Source: Mobula hypostoma (Eukaryota). From it: 64,000 bases of DNA. Below the pieces are notes generated by a model that searched no databases, was not told where the DNA came from, and was given only the letters and a program-made list of their open reading frames with translations. Shown in pieces: positions 34,871 to 47,359 of this stretch. Positions within the stretch are counted from its first letter, which is position 1, and every line of letters begins with the position of its first letter. Both the position numbers and the translations under genes were made by a program. The DNA is taken from NCBI RefSeq assembly GCF_963921235.1, contig NC_086107.1, positions 86,676,001 through 86,740,000 of the forward strand, read 5' to 3'.

Positions 34871-37126
34871 ATGCTGAACACCATGAACCATTGCCCAACT
34901 GAGGGCAAACAGGTGTTGGTGCCAGCCTCTGTGCCTCTCTCCTGTATGCAGATTCATCACCCCCTCTGATACAGTCCACAGCAGTGGTGTCATCAGCAAA
35001 CTTGTGCAGTATATGGTGTTGGAGCTGTACTTAGCCACATAGTTGTGAGTCTTCTCTGTCCCACTTACCAAATTGATTTCACACAACGCTCTTCTCACGT
35101 TGCCAGCTGGTTTCCCTGGGCGCTCATTTCCTCCCACATCCCAAAGATGCGTGCGTTGGTGGTGAACTGACCTTTCCCATAGTTACGTAAAGAGAATGGG
35201 ATTATATTGCTGCAGAGTGGGGGACAGCCTCCTGTTTGCACATGGGTGTTGCGGAGGCTGACCCAGCTCGCTTGGGTAGCAGCCTGGCCTGGATGCGTCC
35301 TCTCCTCACTAGCACTGAGCAGACACATCAGTCCCGGTAACACTTTGATCACTGGATCTCTGCCTCGAATGACACCGTGTCTGGGCGGATCGGTCTGATC
35401 TTCCTCTGTGTCTGTCGACAGTTCCAATCTTGGCCAAGTCTGGGGAGAGGGTGGGGGACTGGGGAGGATGGGAGGAAGAGCTGCAGGTGGCGGAGGGAAG
35501 AGAGAAGGGGGAAGGAAGGCAGAGAGTAAAGTGGAGGGGGAAGGGTAGGGTAGGGGGAGTCAGAAAGGGATATGAGAGTAGGAAGGGTATGAGGGAGGGA
35601 GGGAGGGCTTAAGGATAGTGGGGAAGGGTGGAGTGTGGGGAGTGAGAGGCTGGAGGCAAGGAACAGGATGGGTGAGTGGGTAAAGTAGGGAAGGGGGAAG
35701 AAGTAGGCTGAATGGTTGAAGTGGTGGGGGGGTTAGCAGTTGAGGGTATTGGGGTTGGGGAGAAGGAAAAATACAGAGCTGATGGGTGAGCAGTGGCAAA
35801 GGGTAGGGTCTGGGTGAGGAGTGGGAGGGAGGTTGGCGGAAATGAGGGACGAATTGTTTGGGTGGGGGTGATAAGGCAGGAAGAGAGTTTGTGGGAGAGG
35901 CAGGGAGGGAGATGTGGGGGGGGTGTGGGGGTTAGGAGGGATGGAGTGTCCAGCCCAGGGATAGGATGCAGGTTGTCGGGGAAGTTGACTATGGTGTAGA
36001 GTGAGGTCCAGTGACAGAGGACAAACGTTGGACAGGGCAGGGACTGTGAAGCTTCGTGCTCAGGTCCCTATGTCTCTCCCTTCCACTGTCCTGTAATCTG
36101 CATCACTATAACTTTCCCCCCCACCCCTCCTCCCCTGAGAACCTGGTTTATGGTGGGCGGGGTGAGAAGGAAAGACTGAAGGCAGAAACTGACTCACAGC
36201 AGCACACCTTTGCATAGCGACCTTGATGGTAACCCTCTGCCCATAACCTCAGCCTATCCATCCTCTATTCCCGCCACCTCCTTCTCCCCCACATCCCTTC
36301 CCTTCCTTCCCTCACCCTCTTCCCTTGCATCCACCTTCCCTCCTCCACGTCTCAGCCCCTACCCCTCATTCCCCACCTGCCCCTGGATCTGACTCTCCCA
36401 GTGGGAGACACATGGCAGCGAACGTTAGCTCATGGGGTACTACAGCGTGATTGGTCACCCGATGGGGTTGCAGTCTAGGATTGGCTGCGTTAGGTGTGGA
36501 GCCCCAAACAGACACCGTTATGGTCTCACATTCTGATTGCCTGTTCATCCACTGAGAACCCACATCTACAGCAACCAAACTCCTAGATCCCTTTCCCAGC
36601 ACTACACATTTCTACCTCCTCCTGCCTCACTGAATGTGTGTCCTCTATTCTACCCCACTTGCCTCAGTCCCTTCCCACCTACAGCCGTGATGCTTCACAT
36701 GCTCTCAATCTCAACAATTTTCAATTCTCTGGCCCTAACCACTTCATTTTCACCATGGATGTCCAGACCTTATACACTTCTCTCCCCCATCAACAAGGTC
36801 TTAAAGTCCTCCACTTCTTTCTCAAAAAAAGAACCAAGCAGTTTCCCTCCACCACCACCCTCTTCTGTCTGGCAGAATTGGTCCTCATCCTCAACAGTTT
36901 CTCCTTCAGCTCCTTGCACTTCCTCCTGACCTCAGCCCCAGCTATACCTGCCTTTCTCATTCGTTATGTAGATCAGTCCATGTCCCAAGGCTCCCCTGGG
37001 TAATGCTCTCCAACTCTTCCTCCACTTTATTCAGGGCTGCATTGGTGTTGCTTCATGTACCCATGCTGAGCTCGTCAATTTCACCAACTTTGCCTTCCTG
37101 TCCTTAAATTCACTTGGTCCAATTCT

Positions 37127-38202
37127 TCTTATTTATTTTTAAATCTTTTTATTAATTATTTGTAAGGGGTTTCTTCTTTTATGTTACTGTGTATAGTAAT
37201 TAAAATAGCTTCTTTGTTATGTTAAATGCTGAGAAAGTCTCCAGCTAGCACTTTGCTTGGGTTATAACAGATAGCAGATGTACTATGAACCAATGGGTGT
37301 CCATGTTATTCTGTTTTGGGGTGATATGCTGTCTCATATGACTGGGAACCAGGGGGTTTTGGCAGGGAGTTGGTGGAGAGACCGTGAGGACGACGGATGT
37401 GCGGGAAAGCTCAGGCTGATCACTCCGGGTGGTCCCGAGCTGCGAGTCGACGGGGTCAGAGAGGTCCCGAAGAGGTCCCCGAGCTCCAACGTGTGCACAA
37501 AGAAATTGAACTTTGATAAGTCTGGCACCTTTTCCGTTCCTTTTTTGTATTGAACTTCTATTAATCTCATAGACTTAGTAATATCTATAAAGTGTAATTG
37601 GTAAAACGTACATTGTGTGCAGTTGTACAGCAACTGACGTAACCCAGAGACCAGGTGGGTGGCGGACGGGATTTCCCCGAGATAAATAAGAGGCAATATA
37701 GCTGAGCATTACATATTATTGAAAATCAACAAAAAATACATTAAAGTAGTCAAATCAACATATGAATATGTACAATAAGAGTTAAACTATCAAATAAATT
37801 GAATAACCAGCCTAAACAGTATACCGGTAATAATAAGAAAAAACAAAATGTTAAAACTATTTTTTTTGGAAAAAGAAAGAAGGAAAAAAGAACCCCTACT
37901 AACTAAAACAAAAAAAACCTACTAACCGAAAAAAAACAAGAAAAAAGACCCATTGGGAGCACAACCCCGGAGCTATACGCCATACCAGCTTCCATAAAAG
38001 AAAAAACATCAATGTGCCAACCAAATCCAATTACACAAGAATCATAAGGGGACCATCTTAATTAACTCAAATCAAATGATAGCAGTGGGCAAAAGAACCC
38101 CACCTTTTCTCAAAGTCAAATCGAGGATCAAAAGTTTGACTTCTAATTTTCTCCGAACTAAGACATAACATCACCTGAGAGAACCATTGTAACAAAGTGG
38201 GA
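37127..38202 (-). mobile_element. 5'-truncated L1-clade LINE 3' end with an 11-bp TSD
   Basis: ORF2 C-terminus 'PPTLLQWFSQVMLCLSSEKIR...FEKRWGSF'. T-rich 3' UTR. GGTCCAATTCT duplicated at 37116-37126 and 38203-38213. Confidence 0.75.
37161..37713. mobile_element. Solo LTR nested in the L1 tail
   Basis: TGTAA...TTACA termini. TATT duplicated at 37157-37160 and 37714-37717. Confidence 0.7.
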
Positions 38203-39579
38203 GGTCCAATTCTGACAGCTCTATGCCCTTTCCTGATCTCTCCATCTTTGTCTCTGGAGACAAACCGTTCACAGACATCTTTTATAAACCTACCAATTCC
38301 TACAGCCATCTTGACTTTATCCCTTCCAATCTGGTCTTCTGTAAAAAATGCAATTCCCTTTTCTCAATTCCTTGATCTTCTCTACATCTGTTCTTAGAAT
38401 GTGCCTTTCCTATCTAGAACATCACAAATATGCTCTTTTTTCCTCAAAGAATGAGGTTTCTCGTCCTCTACCGTTCATTTGGCCCTCAGCAACATCTCCT
38501 CCATTTCCTGGACATCTCTCTCCCTGCCAATTTAACTGGGATAGAGTTCTTCTTGTCCTCACCTACCATCCCATGAGCCTGCTCATCGAACAAGATTCTC
38601 TGGAACTTCCACCATCTTCAACAGAATCCTATCACCAAACACATCTTTACCTTCCCCCATCTCCCTGTCTTCAGCAGGGATCGCTTCCTTCATGATCCAT
38701 TTGTCATTTCGTCCATCTCCACTAATCTCACTCCTAGCACATATCCCTGCAAGTGACAGAAATGCTACACCTGCCCACTTACCTCTATTCAGGGCCCGAA
38801 ACACCCCTTCCAGGTGAGGCAATACTTCACTGGTGAATCTCTTAGAGGGTCATCTATTGTGTCCAGAGCTCCCAAAGTGGCTTCCTCTGTACAGTACTGG
38901 TGAGACCCAACATAAATTGGGGGACCATTTCGTTGAACACCCCAGCTCCACCTGCCAAAAGCAGAATTTTCTGGTTGCCAGCCATTTAAATCCCTATCTT
39001 CATTCCCATTCTAACATGTCAGTCCATTGCCATTATCAGGTCATCCTCAGGGTGGAGGAGCAACACCTCATATTCTGTCAAGGTAACCTCCAGCCTGATG
39101 GCATGAACATCAATTTCTCCTTCCAGTAATTTATTTCTCCCCTTCTCTCTTCTTCTAATTCTCACTGTGTCCTCTTACCCCTCCTCACCCCTCCCCATGG
39201 GTCACCTCCTCCTTCCCTTTCTTCCACGGTTCCCTCTCCCCTCCTATCAGATTCCTTCCTCTTCAGCCCTTTACTTTTCCTGCCCACCTGGATTCACCTA
39301 TCACCTTCTAGGTCGGCCTCCTTCCCCTACCTTTTTATTCTGGCACCTTCCCCCTTCCTTTCCATTCCTGATGAATGGTCTCAGCCCGAAATGCTGCCTC
39401 ACCTGCTGAGTTCCTCCAACATTCGTGTGCGTTGCTTTGGAGTACCAACAGCTACAGAATCTCTTGTGTTTCCGATCGTCCGCGCTCTCTGATTGGATGG
39501 ACTGGTGGGAGTGCCAGGTGTTGCTGACTGGACAGGTAAGTAACGTCGGATTGGCCGCTGGTGGTTGCCGGGGTGATGG

Positions 39580-39598
39580 TGACCACGAGGTGGCGCCC
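39580..39598 (+). promoter_or_regulatory. CTCF-like motif inside a small CpG-rich patch with two CCAAT boxes
   Basis: TGACCACGAGGTGGCGCCC resembles the CTCF core CCASYAGRKGGCRS. ATTGG at ~39492 and ~39550. Confidence 0.55.
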
Positions 39599-41052
39599 TA
39601 GGGCAGGAGGTGACGCTTCCACAGTTTGTCCGGGTCGGGTGTGTTGGCGGCGATACCCCTCCTCCAGTCTGTCCCCTCACCAGCCCTTCACCACAACCCC
39701 ACACCCTCCACCTTCCCACCCCGTCTGTAAGATTCTTCCTGCATCAAAAGGCTACAGAAACTTAACTGAGCAAAAATTATAGTCATAGAGGTAGAACACA
39801 GAAACAGGCCCTTCAGCCCATCTAGTCCATGTCGTCATTTAAACTACCTACCCCCATCGACCTGCAACGGGACCATCGCCCCCTGTACCCACACCATCTG
39901 TGCATCTGTCCCAAAAAGAGCAGACAAGGGCACTCAACTCAATTTGAAATACTAACTACCAAGTCAGATGTGTACAGGAATTCATTTGTCCCCCGCACAA
40001 TTAAAGCATAGAATAATCTTAATCCTAACACAGTCACACAACCAAACCCAATTAAATTTAAGGCAGCTTTTCTTCTTCAGAAGTCTCCTTCCTGAGCTCA
40101 CCCTCCGCCACCTCCAGTTTAAATTCCATGCAGAATATTTTGAAAGATCAAGAACCAAGAACTAAAACTTCTCTTAAATATTGAAATCGCGCTCGCATGC
40201 ACCGACCCTCTGAGTGAAGAAGTTTCCCCTCAAGTTCCTCCTAAACTTTTCACCTTTCACCTTTAATCCATGACCTCTAGTTGTAGTCCCACCCAACCTC
40301 AGTGGAAAAAGCCTGCTTGCATTTACCCTATCGATACCTCTCATAATGTTGTACACCTTTATCAAATCTCCCAGCAATATCCGACGTTCCAAGGAATCGT
40401 CATAGTCATACTTTAGTCATACTTTATTGATCCCGAGGGAAATTGGTTTTCGTTACAGTTGCATCATAAATAATTAAATAGTAATAAAACCATAAATAAT
40501 TAAATAGTAATATGTAAATTATGCCAGGAAATCAGTCCAGGACCAGCCTATTGACTCGGTGTCTGACCCTCCAAGGGAGGAGTTGTAAAGTCCTAACCTA
40601 TTCAATCTTTTCATATAACTCAGGTCCTCCAGATTTGAAAATTTTGTAAAAATCTGTGGAAAAAATCAGCATGTACGCCAGCGACTTTAGCGGAGTTGGA
40701 AGGCACAAGCGTATTGAGTTACAAATTCAGATAAATACTTTAAAACACGAACACGCTGATTTAAAATAAAACGCAAAACAAGCCAAAAGAGCAGTATGAA
40801 AAAGATAATAAATGAGCAAAATAAAATCTCTACATTAACGGCGAAGTGTATCAGTAGTAAAAGGCTCTATTCAGTTGCAAAGTGAAATGAGGCGAGTCCG
40901 GGCGGTGCGGTGATCCTCAATCACCGTTAACACCGAAAAGCCGCCAACTCTGACCGGTCACCAGAAACAGCGACACCTCAGGAGCCCTAAAGAACTGCAA
41001 AGTGATACTGACTCGATAGAGACCCCTAGTGGCCGGGAGATGATGACAATAA

Positions 41053-41520
41053 AGCTCATTTATACTTCTGCGTCAAATGGATGCCGTAACCTACGCAAGT
41101 AGTATACGCGCATTGTGAGCATTTATACTTGTGCGTTGGTGTGTCTGCGTCGCTCTGCAATTCGGGCACGTCACACATGCACACACACCTGCCTGTGCAA
41201 GGCTTTATGGTCGTGGTAGTCTTTCTGGGTAAACAACTTTAAAGCGAGCGTCTTTTATCGTAAAAGCGAAATGTGTCCTCCATAATTTCGGAGGCCTGTA
41301 AAGCTTTATGGAAAGCATTGCAGCCAGAGTTCCTTCCCTCCCCTTCAGTCACCGTAGGAGGAGATGCGATGCTACCAAGCGGACCAATCACAGTTGTTGA
41401 GGTCTGCGTTGCCGCAACATGTAGTTACATTTTGGGAGAGGTGCGCGTCAGGCTATGGCGTAGGGTTCGTGGCGACACCATACCTACGGTGTCGATTTGA
41501 CGCAGAAGTATAAATCAGCC
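41053..41520 (+). mobile_element. PIF/Harbinger internal-deletion derivative (MITE)
   Basis: ~26-bp TIRs (AGCTCATTTATACTTCTGCGTCAAAT / ATTTGACGCAGAAGTATAAATCAGCC), flanked by TAA and TTA. Internal 'VSSIISEACKALWKALQPEFLP' resembles Harbinger DDE transposase. Confidence 0.8.
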
Positions 41521-41559
41521 TTAATGTGGTAATTGGTCTGGCAGCCATGGCCCTGCAGC

Positions 41560-43702
41560 CGTCATTTACAGTCAAAAAAAGTCAAAACAGCAAAAATCGG
41601 ATGGCTTATAGACACTGTTGTCAGTGGACATGGAAGACCATGATGATCGTGACGTTGCAAGAACAATAACATGCAAAGAAAATGCAAATCATCATAAAGT
41701 AAAGCCTTTGTTGAACTCAGATCTGGTTCTGTACACTAGTGGCTCCTCAATTATTGAGGGAGGAATTTGAATGGATGATTGGGCTGCTGCCACAGAAAAT
41801 GAAATGACAGCCTCAGGAAATATGGCACAACAGGCAGAAATGAAAGCTTTAATTGAAGCCTGTAAACTAGCAGAAGAAAGAGCAGCTGATACCGACACGA
41901 ATTCTCAATAGGCTTTTGGAGTTGTCCATGGCTCTGGAAATTTATGAAGACAGAGGATTTCTTACAGCCATGGAACTGCAATCAAGAATAGTGAACTAGG
42001 ACAATAACTCATGGAATTCATGCAACTACCATCAGAAGTTGCAGTATTAAAATGTAAACATAATTCCACAATGACCACAATGGAAGGCCATGGAAATGCA
42101 TTTGCAAACAAAAACTGCAAAATGGGTAGTGAAAGAAGGAATAATGAAAATCGAAGAAATGGAGGAAAACCTGATAACTGAAACCAAGTTAAACACTGTC
42201 ACAGATGAACATGTAAGATATTCAAGAAATGCAAGATCAGTGCTCAAATGAAGAAAAGTGTTGCTGGATGGAAAATGGTGGGTTATTAGATAACAATTGA
42301 GTATGGAGATATGGTTCTAGTCATAGACTGGTAGCTCCAGCTGAGTTGCTTCCTTACCTGGCACAGCAGATACACTCCTTAGGACAGATTGGAGTGCAAT
42401 AGATGGTCGACAAATTCTCCCAGGGGTGGTGGAATCCAAAGTTCAGGATACAAGCTTGACAAGCAGTTGAGAGAGGCATGACACGCGAGAAAACCACACA
42501 GCCATTTCTCTGATTAAGGACAATATCCCTAGATGGAGAATGCCATTCCACATTGACTCCGAGCAAGGAACACTGAATGGTCTTTTCATTGTCCACATCA
42601 TCCAGAGTCATCATGACATGTTGAGAGAATTAATGGACTCATCAAGCAATGGCGGACTAAGTAGCATGAGGAAGGCTTCCATGACCTACAGCTGTTCCTT
42701 TGCTTTTATGCAACAACAGGGCAACCCCAGACAAGGAAACAAAATTGAGTCCGTTTGAAGTGGTGATGGGATGACATATGACACTACGGGTGCTCTCGAT
42801 CTCAGAGATGCTGATATACATGTTATGTCAGTTAATTTAGCTGATTATTGTGCAAAACTAACACAAGCTACTCAGTCTGCTTTTCAACAGGTTTTTGCTG
42901 CTTGGAGTGGTCCATCGGAAGGAGGACACACTTTGATTCCTGGCAGGTGTGTCCTGGTCAAGAAACCACAAAAGGAACCTCTGGGAGATCGGTGGGAAGG
43001 TCCTTTCAAGCGCTGTTAATTACCAATTCAGCAGTTACGGTAGAAGATAAAAATAAGTGGATACATGCCAGCAACTGCAAGCCAGCTGAAGTGACTCCAG
43101 GTTAAGACAAGTACTGTGGGAAGACTTCAAGTACAAATATAATTATTGGACATTATTATCATATTCCCCATTTTCTTGTTTGTTTAAAAGAAATTACTCT
43201 GAATGTTCAGATGTAATTATGGCAGGGTCCCTTATAAAATCAAAAGTGTGTCAAGGGAGGTGACTGTAGGAAACCACTTTTTAAAAAAATACTTCTTATA
43301 AGATTTGTACTTTAATATACGCGTGCATTTTTCACCCTCATTGGCAGGAAATGGTATAGCAGCTAAACTAACAGCTTATCACTTTTATCATTTTTTGTTG
43401 ACTAAGCATTAGCATATTACCCACATGATGTAATAGTTTTAATTATGTAGCCTATTAACTAATTCATTCCTATCTAAGGAATTTTCCTTTTCTTATAATA
43501 AAAGTGACAGGTTTTTCAGAAGCACCATATTTATTCCTCTGTCTTACACCCCTTAGCATAGTTTTTCAGCTCTTTATTTAGTTTGCTTAGTATTTGTATG
43601 TTTGTTTGTACTCTAAAATAAACTGAAATCTTGAAATTAAGACTGCTTGCCATTTTTGAACAGCGGACGAACCCTAAGGATCAGAAAACAAAAGATTCGA
43701 CA
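41560..43702 (+). mobile_element. Endogenous retrovirus remnant (RNase H, integrase, PPT, 3' LTR)
   Basis: 'AQQAEMKALIEACKLAE' (41825), 'SQ*AFGVVH', 'QLPSEVAVLKCK', 'IDSEQGT', 'GDRWEGPF', 'KWIHASNCK'. AAGGGAGG (43253-43260) precedes TGTAGG (43265). AATAAA at ~43617. LTR end is approximate. Confidence 0.8.
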
Positions 43703-43704
43703 GT

Positions 43705-45835
43705 GGACTGTCCTACCAAAGTGTAACACCTCTCAGTTGTCTGCATTAAATTCCATCTACCATTTTTCAGACCATTTTTACATGCTGGGCAAGTGGCCAA
43801 ATGGTTAAGGCGTTCGTCTAGTGATCTGAAGGTCACTAGTTCGAGCCTCAGCTGTGGCAGCGTGTTTGTGTCCTTGAGCAAGGCACTTAATCACATATTG
43901 CTCTAGTGTCTGTGCACGGAGTGGCGCCCCACACAGACTTCCAATCTGCGCCTTGTAAGGCATGAAAATGCCCGACACAGGCCTCTCATGGTCTGAGTCG
44001 ACGTTCCCTCCCTTTCCAGCTGGTCCAGATCCTGCTACAAGTCATGATAGTCTTCCTCGCTGTCCACTACATCCCCAATCTTGGTGTCATCCACAAATTT
44101 GCTAATCCACTCTCTGGCTTCTCTCACAAAGCCAATATCTAATCCAATTTACTACCTCATCTTGAATGCTAAGTGACTGAACCTTCTTGACCAACCAGCC
44201 ATGCAAGAACTTGTTAAATCCCTTATATCCATGTCGACAACATCCACAGCCTTCCCTCCATCAGCTGCCCTGGTTACTCCATCAGAAATCTTTAAGTTTG
44301 GTTGAACATGACATACCAAGCATAAAGGCATGCTGACTATCCTTAATCAATCTATGTCTATCTATCTCATTATGTAGTTCTTAAACAGTGGAATAGCACT
44401 GGTTGTCCTCCAATCCTCCGGCATCTCATCTGTCACTAAGGATGATTTAAATCTCTGCTAGGGCCACAGCAATATCTGCACCTACCTCCCACAGAGACCA
44501 AGGGAACACCTTGTCAGGCCCTAGGGATTTATCCACCCTAATTTGCCTCAAGACAGCAAACACCTCCTCCTCTGTAATCTGTATAGAGTTCATGAAGTTG
44601 ATGCTACTTTGCCTTGCTTTTTCAACTCTATGTTTGTCTCCTGAGTAAATCATCATCATCATCAGGTGCCATGCCCAGTTTGAGCTTTGACTGCCATGGC
44701 CACACACTCCTGTTTCGCCTGAGTAAATACTGATACAAAAAATCCATTCAAAATCTTCCTCCATCTCTTTTATCTCAATACATGGATTACTATTTTGATC
44801 TTCCAGAGGACCAGTACGCCTAACCCTAATGCAATCCTTTTGCTCTTAACATATCTGTAGAACTTCACCTTATTTGCTAAGGCAACTTCATGCTTTCTTT
44901 TAGCTGTCCTGATTTCTTTCGTGTTCCCTTGCATTTCTTATACTCCACAAACACCTCATTTGTTCCTACCTGCTACACACATCATTTTTTTTTCTGAACT
45001 GGGAGCTTAATATCTCATGAAAACCAAGATTCCTTACATCTGTTATCTTTTACCTTTTATTCTGGCAGCACATACAAGTTTGTATTCTCAAAATTTCACT
45101 TTTGAAGGCCTCCCACTTACCAAGTATACCTTTCCCGGAAAACAGTCTGTCCCAATCTGCACTTGCCATATCCTTAATGATACCATCAAACTTGGCCTTT
45201 CTCCAATGTATAATCTTAACCCGCAGATCAGACCTATCTTTTTCCATATTTACTTTGAAATGAATGGCATTGTGAGCACTAGTTACCAAGTGTTCACCCA
45301 CGCAAATTTCTGTCACCTGCCCTGTCTCATTCCCTAAGAGCAGATGAAGTATTGCACACTCTCTTGTTGGGACTTCCACATACTGAGTAAGGAAGTTTTC
45401 CCGAACACATTTGACAACCTGTCTTATCTAGTCCTTTTACAATATGGGAGTTCCAGTCAATATGTGGAAAGTTAAAATCACCTACTAAAACAAACTTACG
45501 TTTTGTGCAACAGTCTGCGATATCCCCACAAATTTGTTCTACTGAATCCCTCGGACTGTTAGGTGGTCTGTAATACATTTCTGATTTCTCAGATCTACCC
45601 ATAGCACCTCACTAGACGAGTTCTCCAATCTGTCCCAATTAACTACTGCCGTGACATTTTCCTTGACTAGTATTGCCACCCTTCCTCCTTTAACCCCTCA
45701 TGCTCTGTCACATCTAAAACGATGGAACCCTGGTATATTGAGATGCAGTCCTGCTCCTCCTGCAACCAAGTCTCACTAACGACTACAATATCGTAATTCC
45801 AGGTGTTGATCCGTGCCCTGAGCTTATCTGCCATT
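43705..45835 (-). mobile_element. Degenerate CR1 LINE (endonuclease and RT fragments)
   Basis: 'YYRPPNS...LVGDFNFPHIDW' (45327-45602), 'VLRQIRVDKSLGPD' (44447-44764). Confidence 0.85.
43787..44013 (+). mobile_element. tRNA-derived SINE
   Basis: A box TGGCCAAATGG and B box GTTCGAGCC, then 'tgtgtccttgagcaaggcacttaa'. Inserted into a CR1. Confidence 0.8.
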
Positions 45836-45844
45836 CCTACAATA

Positions 45845-46380
45845 CTTTGGGCCCCTGATCTATGGAAGGAAGTGCGGGCATTGGAGAGGGTTCAAAGAAG
45901 GTTTATGAAAATGATCCTGGGATCGAAAGGTCTGTTATATGAAGAATGGTTTGAGCCTGTATTCACTGAAATTCAGAAGAATGAGAGGTGACCTAATTGA
46001 AACCTGTCAAATCTTGAAAGGCCTCGAGAGAGCGGATGTGGAGAAGATGTTTCCGATGGTGGGAGGGTCTAAGACAGGAGAATACAGCCAGAGAATAGAG
46101 GACTGTCCTTTCAGAACGGAGATGAGGAGGGACTTCCTCTGACAGAGAGTGATAAATCTGTGGAATTCATTGCCACAGGCGGCTGTGGAGGCCAAGTTTT
46201 TAGGTACAGTATATTTAAGGCAGAGGTTGATAGATTCTTGATTGGCATGGGCATGAAAGGGATATGGAGAGAAGGCAGGAAATTAGGGCTGAGAGAGAAA
46301 TGGATCAGCCATGATAAAATGGCGCAGATATGGGCCAAATGGCCTAACTCTGCTCCTATATTCGATGATCTTACGGTCTT
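45845..46380 (+). mobile_element. CR1 LINE 3' fragment
   Basis: 'ALERVQRRF', 'RRMRGDLIET', 'FKAEVDRFLI' and the CR1 tail. Confidence 0.85.
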
Positions 46381-47359
46381 CTTGCATTGAAATACATGCA
46401 GGTCAGATCATAGTTGCACCATTATACAGCTTTTGATTCCTGACTGTCTGAGGTCCTAACAACATCAATCTCCACAACCTCTCCACTATGTGTTCCAACA
46501 CTCTGCTTCCCATTCCCCTGCAACTTTAGTTTAAACACCCCCATGCAGCACCAGCAAACCTCACCATGAGGGTATTAGATCCACTCCAGTTCAGGTGCAT
46601 TGAGAACTAATAAAATAATGGAGAAATTACACTAATATTTGATGTCCACGTTGTTGGCAGAAAATGCTGAGACCCCACTCTCTCACTCCCTTTTATATAC
46701 TGTGTACAGTTTGTTGTGATCTACATCTACCTGATCTTTCATTGATCCTGTTACAGTTATTATTTTACAGATTTGCTGAATATCCCGACAGGAAAATGAT
46801 TCTCAGTGTAGTTTGCAGAGACATATTTGTACACTGAAATTAAAATTTACTTTGAAATTTAAACTTTGAAGCCATCTCTTTGATACAGGTCGATATACAT
46901 TGGGAACTAATAAATAAATAGACTAGATTAGATTCAACTTTATTGTCATTGTGCCGAGTACAGATACAAAGCCAATGAAATGCAGTTAGCATCCAACCAG
47001 GAATGCAAAGAATAGTGTTATTTACAAAATAACTGTAAATAAAAAGTAAATGCTACAGCACACAAATATAAAAGTACTGAGACAGTACAATATGGGTGCA
47101 ACACTGCTTAGCGCTGTGCTGTGAGTTTCAGCAGGGTCACAGCCTCAGGGAAGAAGCTCTTCCTGTGCCTGCTGGTGCGGGAGCGGAGGCTCCTGTAGAA
47201 TGAAGAAATTTTTAAAATATTTAATGTCCATGTTATTAGGAGAATTCAAGAACCCATTTCTCTCTCTCAAACTCTTTTATATAGTATATATATTTATAGA
47301 AGTATATATACATTGGATATTGCTGGGAGGGCGTAGCAGTAATGTACTTGGAGCGGTGT

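Larger units (their letters stand above)
36630..39470 (+). mobile_element. Penelope-like element (RT, GIY-YIG, tail) interrupted by an L1 and an LTR
   Basis: RT motif 'IFTMDVQTLYTSLPHQQG' (~36745). GIY-YIG-like 'LYSTGETQHKLGDHFVEH' (~38885). Tail at ~39370-39470. Confidence 0.85.

Noticed and set aside
35263-35439. One minus-strand frame (WNCRQTQ...D*CVCSVLVRRGR) loosely resembles the BDNF/neurotrophin C-terminus
   Set aside because: Two stops, wrong spacing, no N-terminal half, and neurotrophin mature domains sit in a single exon; likely chance.
43787-43860. Possible tRNA gene (also 62212-62285)
   Set aside because: A and B boxes are present, but there is no proper acceptor stem or oligo-T terminator and the sequence continues into a SINE body.
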